Positions 39,814-52,870 of a stretch of DNA of 64,000 nucleotides are shown piece by piece. Source of the stretch: Lama guanicoe (taxonomy: Eukaryota); contig MU053196.1 of NCBI GenBank assembly GCA_013239625.1, positions 248,001 to 312,000 of the forward strand, in the 5' to 3' direction. Within the stretch, counting starts at the first letter, position 1, and the number at the start of each line of letters is the position of its first letter. The notes beneath the pieces were generated by a model that saw only the letters and a list, made by a program, of their open reading frames with translations, had not been told where the DNA came from and searched no databases. The translations under genes were made by a program, and so were the position numbers.

Positions 39814-40560
39814 TTTTTTTTTTTTTAACTTTTTTTTTTATTGAAGTATAGTCAGTTTACAATGCTGGGTAAATTTCTGGTGCACAGCATCCTGTTTCAG
39901 TCATACATACACATACATATATTGATTTTCATGTTCTTTTTCTTTATAGGTTACTGCAAGATATTGAATATAATAATTGCCTGTGCTGTACAGTAGAAAG
40001 TTGTGGTTTATCTATTTTATATATAATAGTTAATATCTGCAAATCTTGGACTCCCAATTTATCTCTTCCCACCCTCTTTCTCATCCGGTAACTATAAGTT
40101 TATTTTCTATGTCTGTGAGTCTGTATATGTTTTGAAAATAAGTTCATTTGTGCGTGTTTCTTTTCTTTTCCTTTTTTTTTAAGATTCCACATATGAGTGA
40201 TTTCATACTGTATATTTCTTTCTCTTTCTGGCTTACTTCACTTAGAATGATGATCTCTAGGCCCATCCATGTCGCTACAAATGGCATTATCCCTTTTTAT
40301 GGCTGTATAGTATTCCATTGCACAAATATGTCACGACTTCTTTATCCAGTCCTTTGTTGATGTACATTAAGGTTGCTTCCATGTCTTGGCTACCAAATAT
40401 AGTGCTGCTGTGAACATTGGGGTGCACGTATCTTTTTGAATCATTATTTTGTGGGATTTTAGGCAGGTATGTTCCCAGGAGTGGAATTGCTGGGTCACAT
40501 GGTGGCTCTATTTTTAGCTTTTTGGGAGCCTCCATACTGTTTTCCACAGTGGCTGCACCA
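39814..40560 (-). mobile_element. 5'-truncated young L1, same family as 3768-4712
   Basis: Poly-T then ttgaagtatagtcagtttacaatg; ORF 40287..40547 is a degraded L1 ORF2 C-terminus (MENSMEAPKKLKIEPPCDPAIPLLG). Confidence 0.9.
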
Positions 40561-41744
40561 GTTCAGGATGTTTCTGGTCTCATCTCAGGATGGCTGCTGT
40601 GAGCTTTTATTCCCAGGAAGATGTGTTACTATGACACCCAGAGTCCCAGGCAGGTGGAACACACAAAGTGTGACCCTTGGTGTGGGAGGACCCACCAAAA
40701 GCACCACAGACGTGCGAGGCCCCGACAACTACAGTTTCTTTATGATGACAACTATCCATCCACCTGCCTGGTCATCGTGCACCCCCACAACGCACTCAGA
40801 TGAGGGGCTGGGGGCCGCGTGGGTCACTCACCCCGTCCCGCTGTCTGGGAGACAAGAGGAGGTGGGAACCACTTCTTTTCTGAGGGCTTCCTTTACGTAG
40901 ACAACATGCCAACGTGATCTCACTTAACCCTTAATGACGCACAGTAACTCTTCTCTGAATAATGCTGATAGTTATATTTCTGTGGACTTATTCGTTCATC
41001 CATCCACTCATTCAACAAGTGACCATCTACTCTGTTCCAGACAGTCTTCTAGGTACTGGAGATCCAGCATCGGCCACAGAGGAGGTGACATTATCCTCAC
41101 TGAGTCTGCACTTTAATGGAATACCACTTACCCAGCACTTTCTTATTTTTTTTTCCATTTCCCTTACATTTATTTAGCTGTGTGAGTTTGAAACAGTGAG
41201 TTTTTTAAAATTAACTTATTTAATTGACATATAGTCAATTCACAATGTTGTGTTCATTTCTGGTGCACATACATATGTTCCTTTTCACACTCTTTTTCAT
41301 TTTAGGCCATTACAAGGTATTGAATATAGTTCCCTGTACTGCACAGTAGGACCTTGCTGTTTACCCACCTTATATATAGTAGTGTGTATTAAGTACTTTC
41401 CGATATTAACTCTCTGTAATATAAAAGAATGCCCTATTTCAGCAGTTCTAGGAAGATTCTTTGCTCACATTTGAACATCTCTGAAATCCGGATGTACTGT
41501 CATGGCTGTGGTTTTATCACAGTGGGCATCGCCTGGGCGTGTGCACGGAAGCTTGCCGAGTGGGTGCAGTGCCCTGGAAGGAACCCTGGACCCCCTGGGG
41601 GGTCAATCCCTGAGGCACACTGCACAGGTGCTTGCGGTGGATGGAGGAGGATGGTCCAGGGAAGAGCAGCACTACAGGTGATTCTTAATAGAAAAGTTCC
41701 GGAGACTCAGGCTGCAAGCATGACACAGGGTTAAGAATACTAGA

Positions 41745-42095
41745 GTGGCTGGTCAGATGGTGACCTCCAAAGATGTCCTCGTCTTACTCTCCAGAACCTG
41801 TGACCACGCTACGTCACATGACAAGGAGGGATTAAGGATGCGTCTCAGTTGACCCTGAATAGCTTATTTGGCTGGCTTTGATGTTGGGGGAAGGAGCCAC
41901 GAGCCAAGGAATGCGGCCGCCTCGAGAAGCTGGAAACAGCAAAGGAGTGGATGCTCCTGAGACCCTCGGGGATGAACCAGTCCTACCAACCAACACCTTG
42001 GGTTTTGCCTGGTGACACCCATGTTGAATATCTTACCTGCAGAATCATAAGGTAATAAGTGTGTGATGATTTGTTACAACACTGAATATAAATAT
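41745..42095 (+). mobile_element. MaLR (MLT1-like) LTR
   Basis: ccagaacctgtga ... aaggagccacgagccaaggaatgc ... caacaccttg ... atttgttacaaca. Confidence 0.8.
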
Positions 42096-45000
42096 ATTAG
42101 CCAATTGACTTCACTTCTGTTTTACATATGCACAAAGGTGGTGTAGGATAAAAATCTATAATGTGCACACTGGTTCTAGGAGACAGGAGCGTATCCCATG
42201 TAGGTACAATGGGGGGGCTTTTTTCTTGCAATCAGTGACGATTGGTGGCAATTGGTGACAACTTAGATCCAATGAATAGGTCACAACAGAACAACAGAGT
42301 TGACCATGTTCCCACTTTCAGACATGGAAACTGAGGGCAATGAGTAAAGGGTCATGACCTTATTCCTCAGCTCACTCCCCAGCCCCACAGCATCCTTCTG
42401 GCCTTAGTGGTTGCGCCCAGATCGCGGAAGGAAAATCCGGAACTTGAGTCTCGGACTTAGGGGACATCTAGGGGACTTGGAATCTGACCCACAAGATCTA
42501 AAGAGTGTGGGTCCCACCTGTGCCGTCTGGCCCTGGAAAAGGAGGTCTGTGCTGGCCAAGCTTTGTTCCCCGAGGTCAGCCTTGTGTCCCTCCTGCACAG
42601 GACACTGGGGCCCATTATGACCTGGGAGAGTTCAGATGTGTTTATCTCTCGGTGACCCCGGAAAATCAAAACCTTCCCTGCTCGTGGCTGGATCTCTGAG
42701 CTGTGTCTTCTAAGAGACCAAACACCAAGTGTGAGTTTGCCCTTGCAGTTCATTGGCAGTGACCCTCTTGGAAATAACTCTCATAAAAATGTCACCTAGG
42801 AGTCTTTATGACTTCAGCTGTTCATCTGTCAGCCCGACAGGTCAGCTCTTGGCCACCTGTGTAGAGGGGTTTTCAGAAAACCTTCTGAAATAAATCCTTC
42901 ATTCTCTTCCTCTCACAACTGAGAAGAACAAAACTCTATGGACCTGGAAGGGAACGTGGGGAATGCAGAGAGAAGCACCCTTTCTGTGGCTCCCTCGGTG
43001 CCGCTGCCACCTGCACGCGCCCCCCTCGCTGTCGGGACCTCTCCACACCGCTAACACGCAGCAGGCGCCCCGCCAGCTGTCAACCCTCTCTCCAGGGGGC
43101 CACCAGAAGCACAATTTATGTGCCGCCTGCTCGGAGCAGGACAGAGATGAAGTCCCCGAACTCACTCTGACCCACGCGGATGTGAGATGCATTCACCGTG
43201 GACCATCTTTCACGGGGGACGAGGCACCATGGAGCCTTCTCACTGTGCACCGAGGGCCCCCGACAGCTCCTGGGAACCAGGAACCAGGAACGTGCCCTCT
43301 ACCCTCCCTCCGGGCGCTGGAGCCCCACTGATTGTCACTCATGGCGGGGGGGCACCGAGACTGCCCCCAACCCCTTTCCTCTGGACTCTTCCAAGGAGCG
43401 CCTCAGACAGCAGCCTATTCCTCTGGGCAGAGATTGTGGCGAATTCTCTGCAAGAGGGAAAAAGAACAGGAGATGGCCTGCGGCCCAGCTCCTTCAGGGC
43501 TGCATATCTCCAGGCAGACCACGGGTCCCCCTGGGCCCTCAGGCTCCTCCTCTCCAGGCTGAGGATAATCACGGCCACCTGACACACCCTCCATATGCAT
43601 ATGAAAGCTCTCAAAAGAATAGGTCTTCAAGAGGATGGTGAGTGCCTGCCATCTGGGGGGCTGCTGGGGGAGCAAAGGCATCTACAGGTCAGAGTCAGCT
43701 GGCTCAGCACAGGTCCTGCTAAATCTGCCTGCTCTTTTGGTTGGGGCAGTATATCCACCACGTCTTGGGTGCCTGCTCTCCTGACTGGTCCAGCCCTGGG
43801 GCTGGTCTGTGAGCCCCTGATGGCTGGAGCCCCCACCAGTGGCTGCCCCCAGTCCTTGGTGGTAACTGACACCTTTACCCCGTAGGTGGCCATTTGTGAT
43901 TTTGGATAGATGCCAGAGCTGTCAGGATGCTGGGACAGTGGGTTACAGAAGGTAACATTTTCTGTGCTGGGAGAGCCCCAGGGGACAGAGCACAAGGAAG
44001 CAAGGCGTCTGTCCCGGGAAGATTGCTAGTGGGGTTCGGGGCAGCAGGTGGAGGAGGAGGGGAGTGGTAGCTCTGATTGGGACCATGAGTACAGTCAACG
44101 CCAAATTCCTTGCAAGAATGTGTTTCCCAAACACACTCTCCTTGACTCGGCAGGGCTCTCACTTTGGAGGAAGGGGAGCCCCACCTTCTGTGATCTGAAC
44201 ATGAAGGAATGAAGGAAAGGCAGGGGGTCAGGAGACCTGGGTTCCCACCAGCTTGGTCCCTGATGAAGTCCCACATAGACCACTGAGAGGACACCCGAGC
44301 CACCGTGGACCTGTGGACCCTCATGTGGGAGGGTGGGGTGCTGGCGAGGACAGACTCGGGGTGGAAGGAAGTGGGGGGCTCCCTCCCCACTCTGATACAA
44401 CACTTGAGTGGCGTCCAGCCCCCACCCCTGGCCCTGCTGCTTCTAGCTGGCCTGTACCGTTGTGGGAGCACTGGTCACGGGGGCCTACCTCGTCAGGGAG
44501 TGAAAAGTGTGGAGCAAACAGCCAGGCGCCAGCAGGACGGTCCCTTTTCAAAGGAAGGTGTGCCCTGGCCACAAAGACCTGACGCCATCACATCCCAGCA
44601 AAGAGGAGACGAAGGTTAGTGTTTTCCAAACTTTGGAAGAGAAGAGATGGCGGCCCCGGGGGGTGACAGAACACCCTCCTTGGCCAGCTCTAGGCCCATC
44701 CCCTGACCCATCTTCTCAACCAACCTCCATCTCCAGGCTCTGCATTGCGCAGTTTGGGGGACATCCTATCAAGCCGGTTTAGCCAGAATCTCTGACCCTC
44801 CATATCTAATCCGTTTCCTTACCTGCCCCCGGTGATGTCCGGTCACCCTCCTGCCCCCAGCAAAGGAGTGCCCTACCACCAGTGTCATTTTCCAGCCACC
44901 CCCAGCCAGCACCTGGGCCACAAGTACCCACTTTCCCTGTTGTTGTAGGAAATGAACCCAGGTCCACACTGAGGTCTCTTTTCGATTGCAATAGTTCCAG

Positions 45001-45875
45001 AATAAAACCTGTTTTTACTGCTTTACAGTCAGGCCCTGGTTTTCTCCAACAGGGGAAGCCAGGATGTGCCCTGCAGCAGGCGACGGCAGAAGAGGAAACC
45101 CAGGTGGGACATGGACACGGGAGGGACAGTGATGTCACAGGCGGTCACATGGTGCTGGGAAAGCAGCAGCAGGTTTATCAGGGACAAAATCAAGACTAAT
45201 ACCCAAAGCTAGTGGGGATGTGGCAGTGCCCTGCCACCCCAGCGGGACACACACACAGGACCCTTTGGGAACAGTTTGGCAGAAAGTGCAAAGGATTATT
45301 CGGAATGAGCCTCGGTGAGGGTGTCACTGTCCACTGGTGCCAAAGGCAGGATCCAAACCCAATATTGAGACCTGCACCTTGACCTATGGGCCCTCCGTGC
45401 TGCTTAGACAAGGAGCAGGACTGGTCCAAGCCTGGGAGACTCGGGCCGTGGATGCAGAAAGCGTGGCTGTCACAGGGCTGGCAGGCTTGTGGGGACCTCG
45501 GGAAGGAGGAAGCAGGCTGAGCTGCTTCTCCCAGCCTGGCCTTCGGTGCCCCGCAGGGAGGCCAGCTGATCAGGAGGTGGGACGCTGGTGAGAAAGCTGA
45601 CTTCAGAAGCAGAGAAAGGTAGAAAGTGGGAAGCAATGGAATGTGGCTGGGCAGAGAAAGGATCCATCGAGTCCATGGTAGGAAAAACAGCTGCGCCTGA
45701 GGTCTGGGTGGAGAAAAGGAAGAAAGACGAGGAAGACTTTGGGGAAACCAGGGGCCCCTCAGGGACACCCCCGAGATTATCTGCAGGACACGTAGAGCCA
45801 GAGGCAAGAGGCGGTGGAAGCTGTCAGTGACTGAGGCCAGCACGGGTTTGTCCCGACAGAGTCTGCCGGAGAACC

Positions 45876-46460
45876 TGTCGGAGCCAGCCGACAATCGATC
45901 AGGTCCAGAAACCTGTGCCGCAGGACTGAGAAAAGAAAGACAAGACTAGAAAGTGGGGTTGAGAGGGTCTCACTCTAGCCCGCAAGACGCTAAGCCAAGA
46001 GTGGACCTCGAGTTTATTTCAGGCAGTTAATTTATACAAATTCAAGTGACTACCTTGTGCATTCTTGCACGTAGGCACAGGTATTGTTTTATGGTTTAAA
46101 CAGTGTGTACTAAACTCACTAACTTGTGCATTGTTCTATAGATCAATGTTGTTTATAATACTCATAAACTAGGGTATATGTTCCCACATACCAAGATCAC
46201 TAACTAAGGTTGTTGTTTCTATAAACTAAGATCACTAACTTGTATGTTGATTGTATCTCTCTGTTCAAAGATCATCAGTAGCTTAATGGCTCAGGATGTT
46301 CCTAGGGCTTTTAGATCACCTGGTGCATTCTTTCCTGAAAAGGGGTGGCGGGACAGAGATTGTCTTTGTTAGATCATTCTCAGAGCCTGACGCCAGCACT
46401 TTGGGATTTATTGTCCCGTTGTGTGCTCGGCAGTTCTCAGGTCATGAGTGGCTCCCCGCA
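45876..46460 (-). mobile_element. Solo LTR of a class II (ERVK/betaretrovirus-like) endogenous retrovirus, 585 bp
   Basis: Minus strand begins TGCGGGGAGC and ends GGCTCCGACA; perfect 6-bp TSD agaacc at 45870-45875 and 46461-46466; TATAAA (46031-46036) then AATAAA (46013-46018) on minus. Confidence 0.85.
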
Positions 46461-47324
46461 AGAACCCACTGATTTCTCCATCAGTCACTCGTAGCTGCAT
46501 GATCTCAGGCCAGAACCACCACTTCTTTGAGCCTCTTTCTTCGTCTGCAAACCTTCTTCCACTCATCCATTCCTTTGACTCAAGGATGAATGGACACTCC
46601 AGGATTTGAATCACATGCAGGAGGGAAGTCACTGGGCAGGAAAGACTCCTTTCTTAAAAATTCCCAGCGTGAGAGCCGTGGCACCTAGAAGATGCCCTCC
46701 TGCTTGCTTCCCTGGTAACTTGATCCTGAGGCTCATTTTGAGCCAAGAATATGTAGAGCAGTGACTTCATAATCTGAGATTTATGTGTCATTAAGTGCCA
46801 GCAGTACATGGTAATCAATAAGGCCTAACTGCCCAGAGCTCCAGCCCTGCTCGGCGACAGGCGATGGGAGGCAGGGAGCAGGGGAGGAGCTGTGCTCCAG
46901 TGCCCCCGTGTGAGTGCTGCGTGCCCACGCGGCCTGCAGAGGGGCTGCTGGGGGCCGGGGCAGCGGGCTCCCGGGGAACGGCTGGAGCTGCCTGCTGGCC
47001 CCGGCTCCCAGGGCTAGGGTTAGAACATCTGTAATCCACCAGGAAATAGAACCCAGCCCTGAGTCTTGCCCAGAACTCAGTTCACTGAGCACGAGGGGGC
47101 AGAGCTTGTAGCAGAAGGGTGCTGTCAGTCAGGACCCGCTTGGTTGCCAGCAACAGACTTTGAAGTCACTTACGGGGAAAAACATCAACTCATTAGACAT
47201 TTTCTGGAAGAAATAAACAATAACCCCCAGGACTGTGGGCACCAGCATGATTCAATATGAATTGGGGGTGGGGGAGACACTCAGTCCACCGCAGTCACTG
47301 GACTCACCTCTTTCTTGCTACCTC

Positions 47325-47900
47325 CACTCTTCTCCTTTAAAAAAGTTTGTATATTTTTATTGAGATCATTGTAGATCTCACGCAGCTGTAAAGACGAATG
47401 CAGAGGCCTCACGTGCCCTTTGTCCAGTCCCCCCCAGGGTGACATCTGGCAAGGCTGCAGCACAAGCCTGCAGCCCGGGTTCCACATGGATGCAGCCCAC
47501 CCCCTCCTCCAGACCTGCAGCTCCACCTGTGCCCGGGTGCACGGGTGCGGGCGTGCATTTAGTTCCACACGATTCTACCACATGTAGGTTCATGTATCCA
47601 TCAGAGCAGACAGGACACAGAGAATTGTTACCACAAGGAGTCACTTCTCACAGCTAAGCGGCATTCCACGGACTGGGTGTAGGATGTTTCGTGTGACCAC
47701 TCACCCATCGAAGGACTTGTGGGATGTTTCCAGTTTGTGGCTGTCATGAGCAAGGCTTCTGTGACCCACATTCTTGGACTCCAAGGGCCCTCTGTGTCCT
47801 GTCCACAGTGGCATCCTCGTCTCCCACGGAGCAGGACCACGACGGGTGTGGCTGGAGACTGAACACAGTTAATGAGAACATTGGGTGTGCCGGGCAGGTG
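47325..47900 (-). mobile_element. Old L1 (L1MC/MD-like) 3' fragment
   Basis: ttttattgagatcattgtagatctcac ... gatgtttccagtttgtggctgtcatgagcaaggct. Confidence 0.65.
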
Positions 47901-49364
47901 GTGGGAGCCCACACACAGTGTCTGCACCGAAGCGCCAGGACCCTTCCCACTGATCAGTTTCCTCTTGGGTCGATTGTGAGTCTTTCCTCCAACCTCGGAG
48001 CAAGCTCTCCAGAGGACAGAAAAAGCGAAGGAAACGGGTGAGCAGAGCGAGGTGCTGGGGCGGGAGAAGTGAAGGCTCAGAAGGAGCTGGCGTGGCTTGT
48101 GAGCCCTGTCCCACACCCAGATTTCTGGAGACCCCATGAAGCTGAGCCGATTTCTCCAGGCGTATTTATAAACCAGACCCAACGGGACAGAGCTCTGCTG
48201 CCACGTGCCCCAGATCTGGTGATCGCGGCTCCCAGCACATGACCTGTCTCGACTTCTCCAACTCACAGACATCAGACAGACCCCACATTTACTCAGCGGG
48301 GAGGAAGGGGAGAAGGTGGGGAGGGGCGGCCTGGGGGAGAGGTAGCGAGAAGCAGGAAGGGAGGGAGGGAGCCAGGTGGAGGAGGGAAGGGAGAAGCCAA
48401 TAAGCAGGAAGAGGCAGAGGCAGAGTGGGAGAAGCAGGAAGAGGCAGAGGTGGAGTGGGAGACATAAAATTGAGAGATAATTCTTAAATTAGATGCTGGC
48501 TCTGGCAAGGATTTTATAGCATATTATGAGATTCTAATGCAAACCAGTGCCTCTGGGTTTTTTTTGTTTGTTTGTTTTTGTTTTTTTTTTGTTGTTTTTT
48601 TATGCAGAAAACCAACGGAGCGATCAGCGTGGAGATTCATGAATTTGAACTCCAGCAGACCTAGAGTTTCAGGAGGAGCAGGCTGCTTCTCTCTCACCTC
48701 TGCCTCCCTCGTTTCGGTCCACGTAGCTCTCAACAGGGAGATAACCTTCCCTTTGATTTCAGATGGGCTCCGAGGCTTTCAGCATCCTTGGGGCTGTGGT
48801 AGGAAGATGGTAAGTCATTCACTCAAGAGCCTGGCCTAGTAGATATGGATTTATAGACACAATGTCTGTAGAAAAGGAGTCTCTGGACCCAGAAGGACCA
48901 TGAAGGAATTTCACTGCAAAACATGGTCTTTTTTTATGAGCCTCATCCATTCATTCATGAGCTATGGTATCACAAATGTGCAAAGGCCCAGCCAGCCACC
49001 CCTCCCATTCATCCCAGGGGCAGGAACTGAGCATCCATTGTGTGCAGGGGACACATGGGACCCTGGGGAGAACAAAGAGGGGAGGGGGGCTTGCCCACTA
49101 TTTGCAAAGACCAGAAGCAGAGTTTGTGGCAAGTGAGGCCCATTGCCTGGTTGTGTGGCTTCCAAGTGTAAAACGAGGCTGGCACATAATTTTATGGAGA
49201 TTATGTGGGTCCGGAGCAGACTCGTGACGGGCTTAGGTCCTAAAACTTTCCCCGTTGAGCCCAGCTCTTCAGGTCTGACTTCCCCACTGACTGTTGAGAA
49301 CATTTGCTTCACAGTTGGGGGAAAACTATTTCATTTACTAACTTAATCACTTAACGCATATATG

Positions 49365-50160
49365 TAATGATTTCTGTTTTTTAATTGGATGTAAAATTTC
49401 AAACATATCTGGAAGCAGAGCTGTCTTATTTTTCACATTTGCTTCATCTGTTGATTTGCATATTTTCCTTTTTTCAATCTATTTTTTGCAGATGTCAGAT
49501 ATAGTAATATTTCACTCCCAAGTGTTTCAGCGTGTATCTCTGAAAAAATGGACATGTTCACTTATCACCAGACCCACTGTTGCGCCTGACATGATTAATC
49601 ATTTCTTGCATTTACCCAAACACGGTCCAGAGTCAGATTCCCCCTGACTGCTCATGAATGTGTTTCAAGTCAGTTTGATTCAGAATTCAAACAAGGTTGA
49701 TGCACTGAATGTAGTTGTGAAATCTCCCAAGTCCCTTTAATGCGCCGAAGCCCCTCCCCCCTTTTACCGGGTGCACTGACTTGTTTCAGGAATTAAATCA
49801 ATTGCCCTGCAGAATATTAACCAAACAGGGCTTGTCTGTTTGTTCCTTCGGGTCATAAGGCTGGTCTTCTAGTCTTCAGTTTTTGTAAACGGGAGGTAGA
49901 GGCTTGAGTAGTCTCCGATGCAGTGTTTGGGGAAGAGCACGTTACAAGCAGAGCTGTGCGAGCCACGGAGCCTTGCGTCAGGGTCCGGGCTTCACGGTTG
50001 AGATCAGTCAGTGGGCTGAGGTGGCGGCCTCCTGATCTTCTCATTTTCAGGTTTACCGTCACTCATTTCCTGGATTCATCCATTAGTAGGCATTGCCTGC
50101 ATCAAGTAATTTCATAGAGGCTGCAAAACAGGGATTCTAAAAATCCTCTAATTCCTTCTA
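49365..50160 (-). mobile_element. Old L1 (L1MC4/5-like) 3' fragment
   Basis: aaaatttcaaacatat ... tcagattcccc ... gattcagaattcaaacaaggtt motifs. Confidence 0.55.
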
Positions 50161-50874
50161 CAGTTAACAACTGTGGTTCAATGAATAGACTGGAAGGGAC
50201 TTGTGCAGATACCCACTGGCACGTCAGCACATCATTTATTTATAAACTGAGGACGGAGCGACCCTTTCCACCTCTGCAGTTTTCCAGGAGGATGGATGCC
50301 CTGTTATCTCAACTCTGTCCATGTTTGCTGAGAGTAGCCCCGTGCAGGGGTCTTAGGTGAGTGTCTGAAGATCTGAGATGCCTTCTGCCTTCGAGGAGCT
50401 CACCCTCAGGAAGGGAAGGAAAACATAGCTCCACTGTACTTCACAGTTAGTAACAGAGGCCCGTGTGACGAGCAAGTGTTGGCAAGAGAGCAGATATGAG
50501 CAGATATGCCTCCACGGAGTGGGACAGTTTAACAAAAGACAGGACGTGGGGGTCCACACTTGAAGCATGGATGCAGGATGGAGTGCAGGGCGTCCAGAGA
50601 GGGTAGAGTGGGGCAGAGGCTGGGCGTGTGAGCGGTTGGGTGATACTGGGGAACTCTCCGTGATCTGGCCGGTGGAACTTAACAGAGCAACCGTATAAGT
50701 GACCATTTAAATCAGGACCTGATTGATACTGAAAGGGGTTAAGTCCAGGACTGTCCATGAAACCAGGATGTATGGTCACTGTGAACACTGGCTCAAAGAA
50801 GAGCATGATGGAAAAGAAAACTGCAGAATTAATCAGGAATCAATGAAGGATCCAGCTGGGTGTTGGTGTTTGGA

Positions 50875-51369
50875 TGCTTGGGCAGATAATGCCACCCCCG
50901 AAGCTGCCTGTGCCTGACTCCCCAGAAGCTGACATGTTCAGTTGTATGTCAAAAGGGATTTAGGTTGTAGACGGAATCAAGGTGGCCAATGAACTGGCTT
51001 TAAGATAAACAGATTGTCCTAAATTATCCAGAAGGGACCAACTAGTAATCACAGAGGTTCTCAAAAATGGAAGCGGAGGAGATCAGAGAGGCTGTGACTA
51101 CGGAAGTGCAGTCAGCATGCGGCCGTGTGCCGGGACTGACCCCTCAGTGCCGGCTCTGATGGTGGAGGAAGGGGCCACAGGCCAGCGCAGGCACACAGCC
51201 TCAGGGAGCGAGAGTGGGCCAGGACACAGCGTTTCCTTTAGAAACTCCAGAAAGAGACACCACTCTCCCAACACAGTGAGACCCACATTGAACTTCTGGC
51301 TGTGAGATGGTGAGTTTGTGTTGTCTAGCGTTTGTGATCGTTTGTTACAGCAGCCACAAGAAACTAACA
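50875..51369 (+). mobile_element. MaLR (MLT1-like) LTR
   Basis: aaaagggattt ... agattgtcctaaattatcc ... gtaatcacagaggttct ... tttgttacagcagccacaagaaactaaca. Confidence 0.8.
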
Positions 51370-52158
51370 AAATTGGCTGTGGGACAGAAAGGAGCAGATG
51401 ACCCTTAAACTTCCTGTTTTTGGAAAATGAGGTGTATCATGGGACCTTGCATTAATAAAGAGTAAAGATAATCTTTTTCAAGGACAAAGATGGTGAACTC
51501 AGATCCAGGAGATGCAGGTACCCGCTTCTTCAGTAGCCATGGTCACTGAGAGCCCTGAGGTGGACAGTATAGGCAAAGGTCAATTGGCTGGGTAGATCTC
51601 AAGATATAAAAGGGTAAATAAAAAAGGAAAATCTATATAAAAAATAAGCTATTACAAATAATTCAAATTGTAAAAAAAGTCTTAAAATGCCTTCTCCTCA
51701 ATTCTAAAAATAAAATAGAGAAGACATTCAATAAACTTACTTAATTAAATACAGCTACATATAGTGCTCATTTCAGTATTACAGCTGTTAAACCTCCTTT
51801 TCTTACAGGTTATGTCAATCCCCTAAATTCAACTTTGCCCCATTCCCATGCTTCCCTCCTCCTCTGCACCAAGCTTTTTAATGAATTAGTAACCCTGACA
51901 CTGTGAGAAAAAAACTTCTTGTTTGGAATATTTCCATAGCATCATATAAACAACCACAAGATAGATCAACAGACAATATGATGGATTTCTATACACTTTC
52001 TATGAAAGTTAGCATCATTTAACAGTTATATTTTTATACAAAATTATACATAATTTATATATGTGTGTATATACCATGTATGTTATATACTAAATTTTGT
52101 ATAAAATACAACTATGAAATAATAATGCTGATTTTCATATAAGATGTTCAGAGTCAAC

Positions 52159-52164
52159 TTTATT
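52159..52164 (-). promoter_or_regulatory. Candidate proximal polyadenylation signal (AATAAA) of the WDR35-like gene
   Basis: Plus-strand tttatt about 40 nt downstream of the stop codon; usage not demonstrated. Confidence 0.4.
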
Positions 52165-52202
52165 ACAATAAACACTCCAATTATACATAGTTTGTCACTT
52201 CT

Positions 52203-52397
<195 letters not shown>

Positions 52398-52629
52398 TTA
52401 CTTAAAACTTTATTTATTACACTTAAGAAAACTGAAGAATGAAAAACATTTCAAGGTAAATTTCAAATAAGCATTAATATACACTCACAAGAGTAAATAA
52501 AGTAGGGTATACTATTAAGGTAGATTACTTCAAAATTTAGTGCTTCAATTATTGTGTGACACTATTTAGGCATAAAAATCCAAGCTTTTAATAAGGTAGA
52601 CTGACATCTACTAATTACAATTAGCCTAC

Positions 52630-52870
52630 CCTTCAAGAAGGCTGTCCAGTTCAGATTTTCTGTTATCTTTTGGAGTATGTCTGGTGAAGATTTCTAGAGC
52701 AAGATCTTCATACTGCTGTTTCTGTTCTGAACTGAGGGTCTCTAAAGATTCAAGTTTAATAAAAGCTTTTGAACAGGTACCAAAAGCTCTTCTGGCACAT
52801 GCACAGAGGGCCAACAGAGAGTAGATCTCAACGGCAGGGATAATGTCTTCATAGTCTCTCAGGCAAAGAG
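52630..52870 (-). CDS. WDR35: WDR35-like penultimate coding exon (241 bp)
   Basis: tctttcctag| ... GG|gtaggc; [80 protein letters not shown](G). Confidence 0.95.

Noticed and set aside
44925..44955. Minus-strand SYNNR resembling the TTC32 AYNNRG motif
   Set aside because: Flanking residues do not resemble a TPR and there are no suitable splice sites.
43875..48272. Long minus-strand ORFs (198, 232 and 214 aa)
   Set aside because: No recognisable domains, Pro/Ser/Leu-biased composition expected from GC-rich DNA, and partial overlap with LTR and L1 relics.
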